A stretch of 64,000 nucleotides of DNA from contig JBJEGD010000002.1 in the NCBI GenBank assembly GCA_051874735.1, forward strand, positions 1 through 64,000, read 5' to 3'. Below the pieces are notes generated by a model. It had not been told where the DNA came from. It did no database searches and worked only from the letters and a program-made list of their open reading frames with translations. The stretch is from Candidatus Bruticola sp. (GTDB lineage Bacteria > Vulcanimicrobiota > Xenobia > Xenobiales > Xenobiaceae). Shown piece after piece: positions 44,031-53,416 of this stretch; position 1 is the stretch's first letter; each line of letters opens with the position of its first letter. Position numbers and translations under genes: made by a program.

Positions 44031-45482
44031 ATGGTCACCAATAAGAAAAAGGATATAACTAAAGCCAATAAAAGACGCGGCGATAAAACCAATGTTAGAC
44101 TAGCGGCACCTTTAGAAGCAGTCTTAAGTCCCATTAACCGATTTATAAATGCCGAAACTTCAGGAGGAATCGTTCTACTTCTGGCAACTATTGCTGCTCT
44201 CATATGGGCAAATACTATGCCAGAGAGCTATACCGGTTTTTGGAGTACCCGTGCTAGCGTGGGCATAGGCGTTTTCAGTTTGGAACACACTCTGCTGGAA
44301 TGGGTTAACGACGGCTTGATGGCCATCTTTTTCCTACAAGTAGGCTTGGAAATTAAACGAGAAATGCAGGTGGGCGATCTTTCCAGTTTTGGACAGGCGA
44401 TTTTGCCAGTAATTGCCGCAGCCGGCGGCATGATTGTCCCCGCGATTTTATTCAGTCTCTGCGCTATGGGCACTCCTTATACAAACGGATGGGGTATACC
44501 AGTAGCTACCGATATTGCTTTTGCCATTGGAATTATCTCTCTATTGGGCAAACGCGTACCAACGAGCCTGAAAGTCTTTTTGGTCGCTTTAGCCATTGCA
44601 GATGACTTAGGCGCAGTTTTAGTCATTGCTTTCTTCTACAGCAGCCATCTGAACGTAACAGCCTTAATGTCCGCCTTGGCGGTGTTCGCTGTCTTAATCT
44701 TGATCAATAAGCTGGGCATACGTTCTCTTATAGCTTACTCTTTAGGAGGATTAGTGCTCTGGCTGTGCGTGCTTCATTCAGGAATTCATGCTTCTCTGGC
44801 TGGAGTTATGCTGGCTATAACTATTCCCACTTGGACGGCTATAGATAAAAATAGACTTTCTAAAACCTTATCGGTAGTCAAAGACGCCTTAGACAGACGC
44901 TCCAACAATGAAGATGGTGCTATAGGCGACGCTAAAGTGCTCAACGCTATCGAAAACCTGCACGAAAGCGCTACTAGAGCCCTGCCTCCTCTAGTTATCA
45001 TGGAACATTCAATTACTACTTTTGTAGCCATGATAATTATGCCTCTCTTCGCTCTGGCCAATAGCGGCGTTATAGTTACCAGACTTGAACCTGGCTTCCT
45101 GAGTGATACCGTTACCCATGGCATTGCTTTAGGTTTGATACTTGGCAAGCCCATAGGTATAACCTTAGGTACTTTCCTGACTATAAAATGCGGATTAGCT
45201 AAATTACCTAGAGGAGCTAACTGGTTACAGCTGTTGGGCGCGGGCATGCTCGGCGGTATTGGCTTTACCATGTCTATTTTCGTTTCCAACTTAGCTTTAG
45301 GTAATGGGCCCCATCTTGATACAGCCAAAATGGCCATCCTTTGCTCCTCTACTACAGCAGGTTTGCTGGGCTTTATCTGGCTTTATTTGCATCCTCAGCA
45401 GACGACAGCGGCTGCAGAAAGCGAGTCTCAAACTCCTAAAACAGAATCTAAACCTGCTTCCAAAGCTCCAGCTAAGGCTTAG
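44031..45482 (+). CDS. nhaA: Na+/H+ antiporter NhaA
   Basis: WVNDGLMAIFF, GLEIKRE, GWGIPVATDIAF, LAIADD and GIGFTMSIF motifs; start ATG 44031 or 44007. Confidence 0.95.
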   Translation: MVTNKKKDITKANKRRGDKTNVRLAAPLEAVLSPINRFINAETSGGIVLLLATIAALIWANTMPESYTGFWSTRASVGIGVFSLEHTLLEWVNDGLMAIFFLQVGLEIKREMQVGDLSSFGQAILPVIAAAGGMIVPAILFSLCAMGTPYTNGWGIPVATDIAFAIGIISLLGKRVPTSLKVFLVALAIADDLGAVLVIAFFYSSHLNVTALMSALAVFAVLILINKLGIRSLIAYSLGGLVLWLCVLHSGIHASLAGVMLAITIPTWTAIDKNRLSKTLSVVKDALDRRSNNEDGAIGDAKVLNAIENLHESATRALPPLVIMEHSITTFVAMIIMPLFALANSGVIVTRLEPGFLSDTVTHGIALGLILGKPIGITLGTFLTIKCGLAKLPRGANWLQLLGAGMLGGIGFTMSIFVSNLALGNGPHLDTAKMAILCSSTTAGLLGFIWLYLHPQQTTAAAESESQTPKTESKPASKAPAKA

Positions 45483-45521
45483 TCCTATGTGAAATTAGTC
45501 TAAAAGCCTACACTTTATAGT

Positions 45522-45565
45522 AAATCCGCTTATTTGAACTCCAATTCAAATAAGCGGATTTTTTT
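45522..45565 (+). terminator. intrinsic terminator
   Basis: AAATCCGCTTATTTGAA...TTCAAATAAGCGGATTT followed by a T-tract. Confidence 0.75.
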
Positions 45566-45751
45566 AATATCAGTCGCTGACACTTTTACCACTATACTAG
45601 AAGCTTACCCAAATTTTTAATTCATCGAGCGCCTCAACGCTTTCCAAAAGTTAGGCACCTCACACAACTTGACGCACTCAGCTTCCTGTAGCCCTAAAGT
45701 TTTTCTTACTATTGCTGAACGGTCTATACGGGCTCCTAAAAACAACATCAA

Positions 45752-48700
45752 TTAGTTAACTAAGGCTGCGGCAGATGGCGAATTTTCCATTTCCACACTG
45801 AGCAAACGACTAATACCAGGTTTATCCATAGTTACTCCGTAAAGACGTTTGGCGAATTCCATAGTTTTGCGATTGTGAGTAACTATTAAAAATTGTGAGG
45901 AAGCAGCAAAATCGAGCAGCTTGCCGGCGATTTTTTCTACATTAGCATCATCTAGAGGGGCATCAAGCTCATCAAAAATAACCACAGGGCTGGGCTTATG
46001 AGTAAGCAGAGCAAATAGGAAAGAAATAGCCGCCAGTGCTCTTTCTCCAGAGGAAAAGAGAGTCAAGTTCTGCAGTTTTTTTCCCGGAGGGCAGGCGCAG
46101 ATATCAACTCCCGATTCTAACCAGTCATCAGGACTGCATAATTCAAGCTTAGCGAAACCACCACCGAAGATATTTTGAAAAATTGAGGCAAAAGTATTAT
46201 TAACTTGGTTGAACACTTGTTTAAAACGCACAATTAGAGCTTGATCCATCTCCTCTACTATGCGCTGGAAGCCATCTGCGGCCCGTTCGACGTCGCTTAT
46301 CTGAGAAGTTAAGTCATCAAGTCTGGCTTTAAAACGCTCATATTCCTGCCGAGCTCCTAAGTTAACGCTGCCAAAATTCTCTAAGTAAGTGCGCAATTTA
46401 GCGGCTCGACTATTTACTTCGGCAGTATTCACCGATGTAAACTCCTCACTTTGAGTATCAAAACCGGCTCCGGCGTACTCCTGCCAGCGCCTTTGCTCAG
46501 TTGTAAGGCGAGCTTGCCATGTATCCTTATTAACTTGAGCGCAGCTGAGAGCTTCGCCTAGTTCACGCGCTAAGCGCACCGCTTTAATCTGTTCCTGGCG
46601 CATCTGCAGCAGCTTTTCATTTTCAGTTTCTAATATATGCACCGCCTCTTGTAACTCTTGGGATATGTTCTGCAAGCTCTCCTGCTTCTCAGAAATAACC
46701 CGGATCAAGTCGGCCCCTTCACTTTCAGTTCTTTCCTGAGTTACAACTAATCGACGCTGTTCTGCTTCGGCTCGCTGAGCATCTTCATCTAGTTCACGCA
46801 AGCGCTTTTTATGAGCAGCCACTTCACGTTCCCCGGAAGCCAGACTCTGTTCAGCAGCTTCAATCCTCATTTGTTCCTCAGCCAATCGCACTTTTAAAGC
46901 GGCACGCTGGGCTGTCAACTGCGCTTCCTGTTCTAAAGAGAGAGAAATACGTTCATTAAGTATAATCCATTCCTGCGCCAACTTTTCCAATTCATTCTGG
47001 CCGCTCTCCATTTTTTGACGACTGTCATCTAAATTATTATTTATAAGTTCAATTTCGCTTTGTAAACGAGTCCTTAATTTGCGCAAGCGCAGTTCATCTA
47101 ATTCAACTCGCTTATTCTCCGCTTCTAAATCGGCTAAAGCTTGCTTAGCTAAACGTTCCTCTTCCGAAGTTATAGCCACTTCTGACTCAGCACTGTGAAG
47201 AGTGCGCTCTAATTCTTCTTCCCGGACGCTAAGCTCACTAAGAGAATGCTCCAAAGATTTTAGATTATTTTGGGCCTCTTCACAGGCACGTATGCGCACA
47301 AACATGCCAGTTTTTTCACTGCGACTAATACCACCAGTAACGGCGCCTACAGCAGATAAAAATTCCCCCTGCAAAGTTACCAAATGGGGGCGTCGGCCTT
47401 TAAATCGATCGTAAAGGGCCAACGCTGAGGCTAAATCTTTGACTACTAAAGTTTGTCCCAAAATCTGACTTAATACTGGACGCAATTCTGCAGCGAAGTC
47501 TATAAGCTCTAAAGCATAACCTACTACCCCTTGGCGGGTGGGCAAAGGTATAAATTCCCCCTCGCGCCGCGGCAAATCCAGAGGCCAAAAGGTTGCGCGA
47601 CCTACTCGCTCTTGTTTTAAACGATCGATTAAAGTAGAAGCTGTCCGGCGATCCCGCACAACGATATCGTTGACGCGCCCCCCCATAGCGACTTCGAGAG
47701 CGGTCTCCATGCCTTCATGTACTTTTATCAATTCACCAATAAGGCCAACAGTACCCGATTCACGCCATTTTATAACCGCTTTCACAGGCGCAGGGACACC
47801 TACGCGTTCTTCTAAAACCGCTTCTAATTCTATAACTTTTGTATGCAGAGGACGGCGTCTCCGTTCTAATTCCGCCCGCTGAGAGCGCAGGGCACTCAAA
47901 GCAGCACGCTGTTCCTGCAAATAAACAACGGCCTGTTTTTGGGCATCAGACGCACTGCAGCAGCGTTTTTGCAATTCCTGGCGTTTTATCGTAAGCTGCC
48001 GAAGTTCCTCAGGCGCCTCTTGCACCGCAGCCAATTCCTCTTGAACAGTCTGCAAACGCAGCTGTTCACGCCTGCTGTCTTCTTTGAGAACTTCAGCCTG
48101 AATGCGCAATTCTTTCTGTCTTTGCTCATTAGCGGCTAAAGACTCTCGGTAATTTTTTCCTTGACTGACCGCTTCGAAAGGCAATTCATCTAAATTCTGT
48201 CGCACTTGAGCCCAATTTTTCTGAGCTGTTTCCAAGTTGAGACGCAATTCCGGAAGTTTTGCTTCCAATTCAGCTAAATTTTTAGCTCCGTCAGCGCAGC
48301 GAGCCCTTAAATTACAGGCATGTTCAGAGGCGACCTGTGAATCGGCTGAAAGCTGAGTTAAACGGCGGTTGAGGCCGTCTTGAGAAGCTTTAGCAAAAGA
48401 AAGCTCAGCTTTTAAATCGGCATTTTGCTGATGCAGCTGATCTCGACGAGCCCGACGCTCGTTTTGTATCTTCTGCAATTCTTCAGTTTGCCTCAACAGA
48501 AGGCTTTGCTCCGCATCGGCTTTCTGAGAACTTTCCTGCAATTCGGCCACCTTATGTTCAGCTTCCTTAAAAAGATGCTCAGATCGGAGGTATTGGCTCC
48601 AAGCTAAACGAGCTTCACAAAGGCGCAAGTCGTCCTGGGCTTTGCGGTAACGTTCATAACGAGCCAAAGCTCGGCTGCTTTCCAAAGTGCTGTTCTCAAC

Positions 48701-49291
48701 CTCACCGCGCAGATCACGAAGACGCACTAAATTTTGCTGTGCCTGCTCCAATTTTCGCATAGCCTCACGACGACGAAATCGGTAACGATTAGTACCGGCC
48801 GTCTCTTCTAGCATCATGCGCCTATCTTTAGGATCGGAAGATAAGACCATGTCTACTTCGCGCGCCCCCAAGATATAAAATGAACCGGGGCCGACTCCTG
48901 ATCCCATAAGCAGCTCTTGAATGTCTTTTAGACGACAGGCAACCTGATTAATAAAGTACTGCGACTCTCCCTGGCGGTTGACTCGCCTAGTCAAAGAGAC
49001 TTCAGCAAAATCTACGGGCAAACTGCGATCCTGATTATCGAAAGTTACAGTAACTTCACAGCTCTGAGCGGGCCGACGCTCTGGAGAACCAGCAAATATA
49101 AGTTCTTCCTGTTTAGCTGCACGCAAAGTTTTGGCGCTCTGCTCTCCTAAAACGTAGCGCAAAGCATCAGTTAAATTGGATTTGCCGCTACCATTGGGCC
49201 CAACTATAGCCATTAAACCCGGTACAAATTCAAGTTCAGTCTTATCGGCAAAGGTCTTAAACCCGCACAGTTCCAGTCGTTTGAGAAACAA
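45752..49291 (-). CDS. smc: chromosome segregation protein SMC
   Basis: GFKTF, GPNGSGKSN, coiled coils, hinge (GRATFWPL, GAVTGG), DELDAPLD and THN motifs. Confidence 0.96.
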   Translation of the reverse strand: MFLKRLELCGFKTFADKTELEFVPGLMAIVGPNGSGKSNLTDALRYVLGEQSAKTLRAAKQEELIFAGSPERRPAQSCEVTVTFDNQDRSLPVDFAEVSLTRRVNRQGESQYFINQVACRLKDIQELLMGSGVGPGSFYILGAREVDMVLSSDPKDRRMMLEETAGTNRYRFRRREAMRKLEQAQQNLVRLRDLRGEVENSTLESSRALARYERYRKAQDDLRLCEARLAWSQYLRSEHLFKEAEHKVAELQESSQKADAEQSLLLRQTEELQKIQNERRARRDQLHQQNADLKAELSFAKASQDGLNRRLTQLSADSQVASEHACNLRARCADGAKNLAELEAKLPELRLNLETAQKNWAQVRQNLDELPFEAVSQGKNYRESLAANEQRQKELRIQAEVLKEDSRREQLRLQTVQEELAAVQEAPEELRQLTIKRQELQKRCCSASDAQKQAVVYLQEQRAALSALRSQRAELERRRRPLHTKVIELEAVLEERVGVPAPVKAVIKWRESGTVGLIGELIKVHEGMETALEVAMGGRVNDIVVRDRRTASTLIDRLKQERVGRATFWPLDLPRREGEFIPLPTRQGVVGYALELIDFAAELRPVLSQILGQTLVVKDLASALALYDRFKGRRPHLVTLQGEFLSAVGAVTGGISRSEKTGMFVRIRACEEAQNNLKSLEHSLSELSVREEELERTLHSAESEVAITSEEERLAKQALADLEAENKRVELDELRLRKLRTRLQSEIELINNNLDDSRQKMESGQNELEKLAQEWIILNERISLSLEQEAQLTAQRAALKVRLAEEQMRIEAAEQSLASGEREVAAHKKRLRELDEDAQRAEAEQRRLVVTQERTESEGADLIRVISEKQESLQNISQELQEAVHILETENEKLLQMRQEQIKAVRLARELGEALSCAQVNKDTWQARLTTEQRRWQEYAGAGFDTQSEEFTSVNTAEVNSRAAKLRTYLENFGSVNLGARQEYERFKARLDDLTSQISDVERAADGFQRIVEEMDQALIVRFKQVFNQVNNTFASIFQNIFGGGFAKLELCSPDDWLESGVDICACPPGKKLQNLTLFSSGERALAAISFLFALLTHKPSPVVIFDELDAPLDDANVEKIAGKLLDFAASSQFLIVTHNRKTMEFAKRLYGVTMDKPGISRLLSVEMENSPSAAALVN

Positions 49292-49525
49292 AGAAAAACT
49301 CCAGACAATAAATCAGTAATTATGCAGATAAAAATATTCCCCAAAGTGAAATTTTGGCCGATAGTTCCAAATAGCCCCCCTATTTTATCGGCCTCTGCAT
49401 CTTTAAGAACAATTTTTGCGGCAGGTTTTACGCTAACAAGGGCGCACATTCCCCCTATGTCGAAGATGATAACAGCTTAAACGCTCCGCTTCAGAACAAG
49501 ATTTTATCATAAAGAAAGAAAAGGA

Positions 49526-50629
49526 ATGGTCAGTATTAATAATACGCAACACACATTTGAAGATTTGCTTCCTGGAGCCAGAAACGCCGTACGCACCTGT
49601 TTAAACCTTCAGAAAAATCAACAAATTATTATTGTTGCTGATGAGCACAGCCGCCGCATCAGCGATGCTATGGAACTGGCGGCCAAGGAAATAGGTGCAA
49701 CCTGCCGCCGTATTTTAGTCGAAGATTTAGGCCCTCGTCCTACTCAGGGATTTCCAGATAGCCTTTTAAATTCTTTGCAAAATGTGGACGCAGCCATTTA
49801 TTGTGTTTTTCCCCAACCTAATGAACTACCTTCACGCATACAATTCACTAGAGCCATTGAAGCCAATCACGTAAAATACGCTCACATGGTGGGCATTACG
49901 GAAGATATTATGTGCCAGGGCATGCGCGCTGACTACAAAAAAGTTGACGATGTAAGTAGACGTCTGCTTAATTTGGCCAAAAAATGCCGCACTGTCCGTG
50001 TCAAGAGCAGAGCCGGCACCGATCTGCTAGGGACTTTCCGTCCTGATTACACTTGGCGTAAAACTAGCGGCATTATTGAAGAGGTATGGTCAAATCTACC
50101 CGGCGGTGAAGTTTTTACCTGTCCAGCTAGTGTTGACGGAATTTTTGTAGTAGATGGTACTGTAGGAGACCATTTTAGTGCCAAATATGGCGTACTGAAT
50201 AAAACCCCTATGACTCTGGAAATTGAGGGCGGCTACCTCAAAAAAGCTTACTGCGCTAATAAAAATTTGGAGCAGGAGTTTATGGAGTATTGCCATCGCC
50301 ACCCATATTCCAACCGCGTAGGTGAATTTGCTATTGGCACGAATTTAGCCGTCTTTGAATTTACTGGCAATCTGCTTCAAGATGAGAAAATGCCGGGCGT
50401 CCATATAGCCTTCGGTGATCCCTACGGCAGCCAAACAGGCGCAGATTGGTCCTGCATGACCCACGTAGATGTAATTACTCGTTCCTGCGATATATGGATC
50501 GATAACGAACAAGTAATGCAACATGGTATTTTTATCTCCGAATCTCTGGGCATAGACTACGCCTATCTTTACAACGATCAATCTCTGCTGGAAGTTTACA
50601 GCTCTAATCCAGATTGGAAAGAGAAGTAG
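49526..50629 (+). CDS. M29 family aminopeptidase
   Basis: NLPGGEVF, VGEFAIGTN, LQDEK, HIAFG and HVD motifs. Confidence 0.85.
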   Translation: MVSINNTQHTFEDLLPGARNAVRTCLNLQKNQQIIIVADEHSRRISDAMELAAKEIGATCRRILVEDLGPRPTQGFPDSLLNSLQNVDAAIYCVFPQPNELPSRIQFTRAIEANHVKYAHMVGITEDIMCQGMRADYKKVDDVSRRLLNLAKKCRTVRVKSRAGTDLLGTFRPDYTWRKTSGIIEEVWSNLPGGEVFTCPASVDGIFVVDGTVGDHFSAKYGVLNKTPMTLEIEGGYLKKAYCANKNLEQEFMEYCHRHPYSNRVGEFAIGTNLAVFEFTGNLLQDEKMPGVHIAFGDPYGSQTGADWSCMTHVDVITRSCDIWIDNEQVMQHGIFISESLGIDYAYLYNDQSLLEVYSSNPDWKEK

Positions 50630-50697
50630 ACTCTCAACCGTCATAATATATGCTCATATCTGTATCGGCAGCAAAATAGTTGAGAGTCATGCATATT

Positions 50698-50742
50698 CAG
50701 CGCCGCACTCCGTAAAAAGCAACGGACTGCGGCGCTGTTTTT
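50698..50742 (+). terminator. intrinsic terminator
   Basis: CAGCGCCGCA...TGCGGCGCTG followed by TTTTT. Confidence 0.7.
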
Positions 50743-50796
50743 GCGATTACTAATCTGCGTGCGGCAGGATCTTTAATTTTTTAAAAAAATTAATCC

Positions 50797-51396
50797 GTGT
50801 ATATGATCACCAGATATTCTCATACGCTTCCCTGGTCGGTTTCTAAGCTGGGGCAGCCCAGCGACTTGCCCGACGTCATGAAAGAGGATCTGCTGTTAAT
50901 AGTACCCGTCGATCCCGACAAAATTTTCGCCACTTGGAATATCTCTTATCAAACTCAGAACAAAATAGCAGCTAATCTTGGAGAGACGACCTTTGCCTCT
51001 AGCCGCTTAATCATACGTCTAGAGGAAGACGCCCCAAACTGCGCCAGTATTATTTACGATGTTAGCGGTCCGCACCGTTCCCGCTACCTTCCTGTAAAAC
51101 TAAACCACACGGAATATACCAGCAGTATACGCTTATATGCTCAGCTAGGTTATCTGTCAGACGACAATCAGTTCTATTCTATTACCGGCAGCAGTGCCAT
51201 ATTGCTTCCTGTAGGCAACTCTTTTGGTGCCCAAACAGATCTGCTGCCAATGTACAGTGAAGCTTGCCATCAACAGAGTCAGCACAATTCGTCGGTGCCC
51301 TACCACATCAGTATAAATTTAAAAAAGATGGCTGAAATACTAGATATTCAAATGGGGCGCACTCCTATGCCTGAAGGAATTCATCCACAGCTATGA
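50797..51396 (+). CDS. DUF4912-like protein
   Basis: LLIVPVDPDKIFATW and YAQLGY motifs; ATGA overlap with GH57, the usual pairing. Confidence 0.7.
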   Translation: MYMITRYSHTLPWSVSKLGQPSDLPDVMKEDLLLIVPVDPDKIFATWNISYQTQNKIAANLGETTFASSRLIIRLEEDAPNCASIIYDVSGPHRSRYLPVKLNHTEYTSSIRLYAQLGYLSDDNQFYSITGSSAILLPVGNSFGAQTDLLPMYSEACHQQSQHNSSVPYHISINLKKMAEILDIQMGRTPMPEGIHPQL

Positions 51397-53069
51397 GTAT
51401 TTTACTTCCGTCGTTGCCCAAATCTAAGGGATATTTGGCCATAGTTTTAGACGCCCATACACCTTATATACGTCCGCGCCGATCTTTATCTCAACTGTAC
51501 AATGACGAGTACTGGCTTTTCGATCATATCTTAGACAGTTATTTCCCCCTGCTCGATTTGCTGGAACGACTTGACGCAGAAAATGTGCCCTACCGGTTAA
51601 CTATTTCCTTATCTCCTACACTTTTGGAAATGCTAGACAACAGCCGGATGCAAGAGCGTTTCGATCGCTATTTAGAAAAGAAAATAAGCTTGGCTGTACG
51701 GGAAGCCGATCGCTGCTTGTTCGAATTAGAACTAAGCGAATTAGTTGATCATTATTTATCCCGACTGCGTTACTATCGAGAAAAATTTAACTTTGTTTAT
51801 AACAGACAAATCATTTCTGCTTTTGCTAAATTGGCCAGTGATGGCTGTATAGAACTAATTACCACCACTGCAACTAACGCTATCTTGCCGATTTTGTATC
51901 CTTGCACCGCTTTAAGCAGAGCCCAAATAGAGACAGGAATAAATACCTTTCAACGCTGCTTCGGCTTTAAGCCACAGGGTTTTTGGCTGCCAGAGTGCGC
52001 CTTTAACCCAGGTTTAGAGAAACTATTGATAAAAAGTGGACTGCAGTATACTTACACTACAGCTTGCGAAAATATGGGAGCGATCCCCCATCCTGGGCAC
52101 GGAGCAGTTTCTCCCCTGCGCAACATAGACAACTTTGTTTTTTTCCCTGGAGACACGGAATCGGAGTTAGAAGTTTGGAGTGCTAAAAGCGGATATTATA
52201 ACGATTTCAGCTATAGAAACTGTTTCCGCGATCTCAGTGATGAAGTACCTGAACTTGATTTAAGTGATTTTGCTCCCTCAGGCCAAGACCGCCCTCAGAC
52301 TGGTTTTCGTTATTTCAGTAACGGAGCTTCTAATTCTTCCCAATATTACAATTTAGAACAAGGCCGCTCCATGGCTCAGATTCACGCTAAAGCTTTTTGG
52401 GGCAGCCGTAAGCGTCAGATAGAGCGCCTGCAGAACAAACTGGAACATCCTCCGCTTATTACTTTAACTCTAAATGCGGAGTTCTTCGGCTGCATGTGGT
52501 ACGAAGGGTATATCTGGCTGGAGAACGTTATCAGACTGGCTGCTGCGAAACCAGAAACCTTAAGCTTAGCTTCAAGCGGCCAGTTGCTTAAATATAAGGA
52601 GCAATTTGAATTTGCCATACCCAATATCGGCTCGTGGATGGACGGAGGCTTTGGAGCCAGATGGCTCAATAGCGGCAACGATTGGCTCATTATAGCCTTA
52701 AATATTGCCTCACGCCACATGTACGAAATGGCTGCAGCAGGGAACAAAAACGCGGAAATGCATCAAGCTGTCAATCAGGCTCTGCGTGAATTAATGTTGG
52801 CCCAATCGGCAGATTGGCCTCTGCTTCTGTCTTCAGGGCAAAGCATTCAAACAGCCCGCCGTAAGCTGCGCAATCACCTAGTAGCTTTTAACAAACTCTA
52901 TGAAGATTGCCAAAACGGCAGGGTCGACCTGGAGTCGCTGCGAAATTTGCAGGAGCGTACTCCGCTTTTTACTGATCTTAATTATCAAGACTTTTTTACT
53001 GAAGGTGAGTTTATAAATTATGGACGCCCCCAGTCTCCCACGTCATCAATACGTTCTGCTTCGCCTTAA
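51393..53069 (+). CDS. GH57 family 1,4-alpha-glucan branching enzyme homologue (DUF1957)
   Basis: LAIVLDAHTPY, SLSPTL, GFWLPEC, NAEFFGCMWYEG and RELMLAQSADW motifs. Confidence 0.85.
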   Translation: MSILLPSLPKSKGYLAIVLDAHTPYIRPRRSLSQLYNDEYWLFDHILDSYFPLLDLLERLDAENVPYRLTISLSPTLLEMLDNSRMQERFDRYLEKKISLAVREADRCLFELELSELVDHYLSRLRYYREKFNFVYNRQIISAFAKLASDGCIELITTTATNAILPILYPCTALSRAQIETGINTFQRCFGFKPQGFWLPECAFNPGLEKLLIKSGLQYTYTTACENMGAIPHPGHGAVSPLRNIDNFVFFPGDTESELEVWSAKSGYYNDFSYRNCFRDLSDEVPELDLSDFAPSGQDRPQTGFRYFSNGASNSSQYYNLEQGRSMAQIHAKAFWGSRKRQIERLQNKLEHPPLITLTLNAEFFGCMWYEGYIWLENVIRLAAAKPETLSLASSGQLLKYKEQFEFAIPNIGSWMDGGFGARWLNSGNDWLIIALNIASRHMYEMAAAGNKNAEMHQAVNQALRELMLAQSADWPLLLSSGQSIQTARRKLRNHLVAFNKLYEDCQNGRVDLESLRNLQERTPLFTDLNYQDFFTEGEFINYGRPQSPTSSIRSASP

Positions 53070-53377
53070 CACACTTAAAGGTTAGACCCAAGACTTGCTT
53101 GACAATTGAAGCAAAATGGTGTCCGATCCAGAAAAGTACCAACTTCTAAGCGCAAACATATCCAAAGAGGTGTCTACATCCTTAAGTTTGATATAAGATC
53201 TGTCTGATGATGCCAACATTCCAGAACTTATAGAAGCATACAGTATCGTCTTTTTTTAACTTAAAGATCAGTATTGGTAAAATGCTTACCAGTACTACTG
53301 AAGCGCAAAATTGTCAACAACTTCAGAAGCTAGAGCAGGAAATAACTCCTGTAGTCGATTCCTGGTTACAACTATAG
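53020..53377 (+). pseudogene. possible degraded small gene
   Basis: RBS-preceded ATG at 53020; protein-like frame interrupted by TAG/TGA/TAA stops. Confidence 0.3.
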
Positions 53378-53416
53378 GATAACTTAATTCTTCATCTTTT
53401 CTCTGAAAAATAAATC

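Noticed and set aside
46015-46065. SMC signature motif reads FSSGE instead of LSGGE
   Set aside because: The key Ser and all other ATPase motifs are intact; most likely ordinary lineage divergence
49213-49449. 78-aa ORF upstream of smc
   Set aside because: It overlaps the smc start out of frame, lies in a divergent promoter region and has no family motifs
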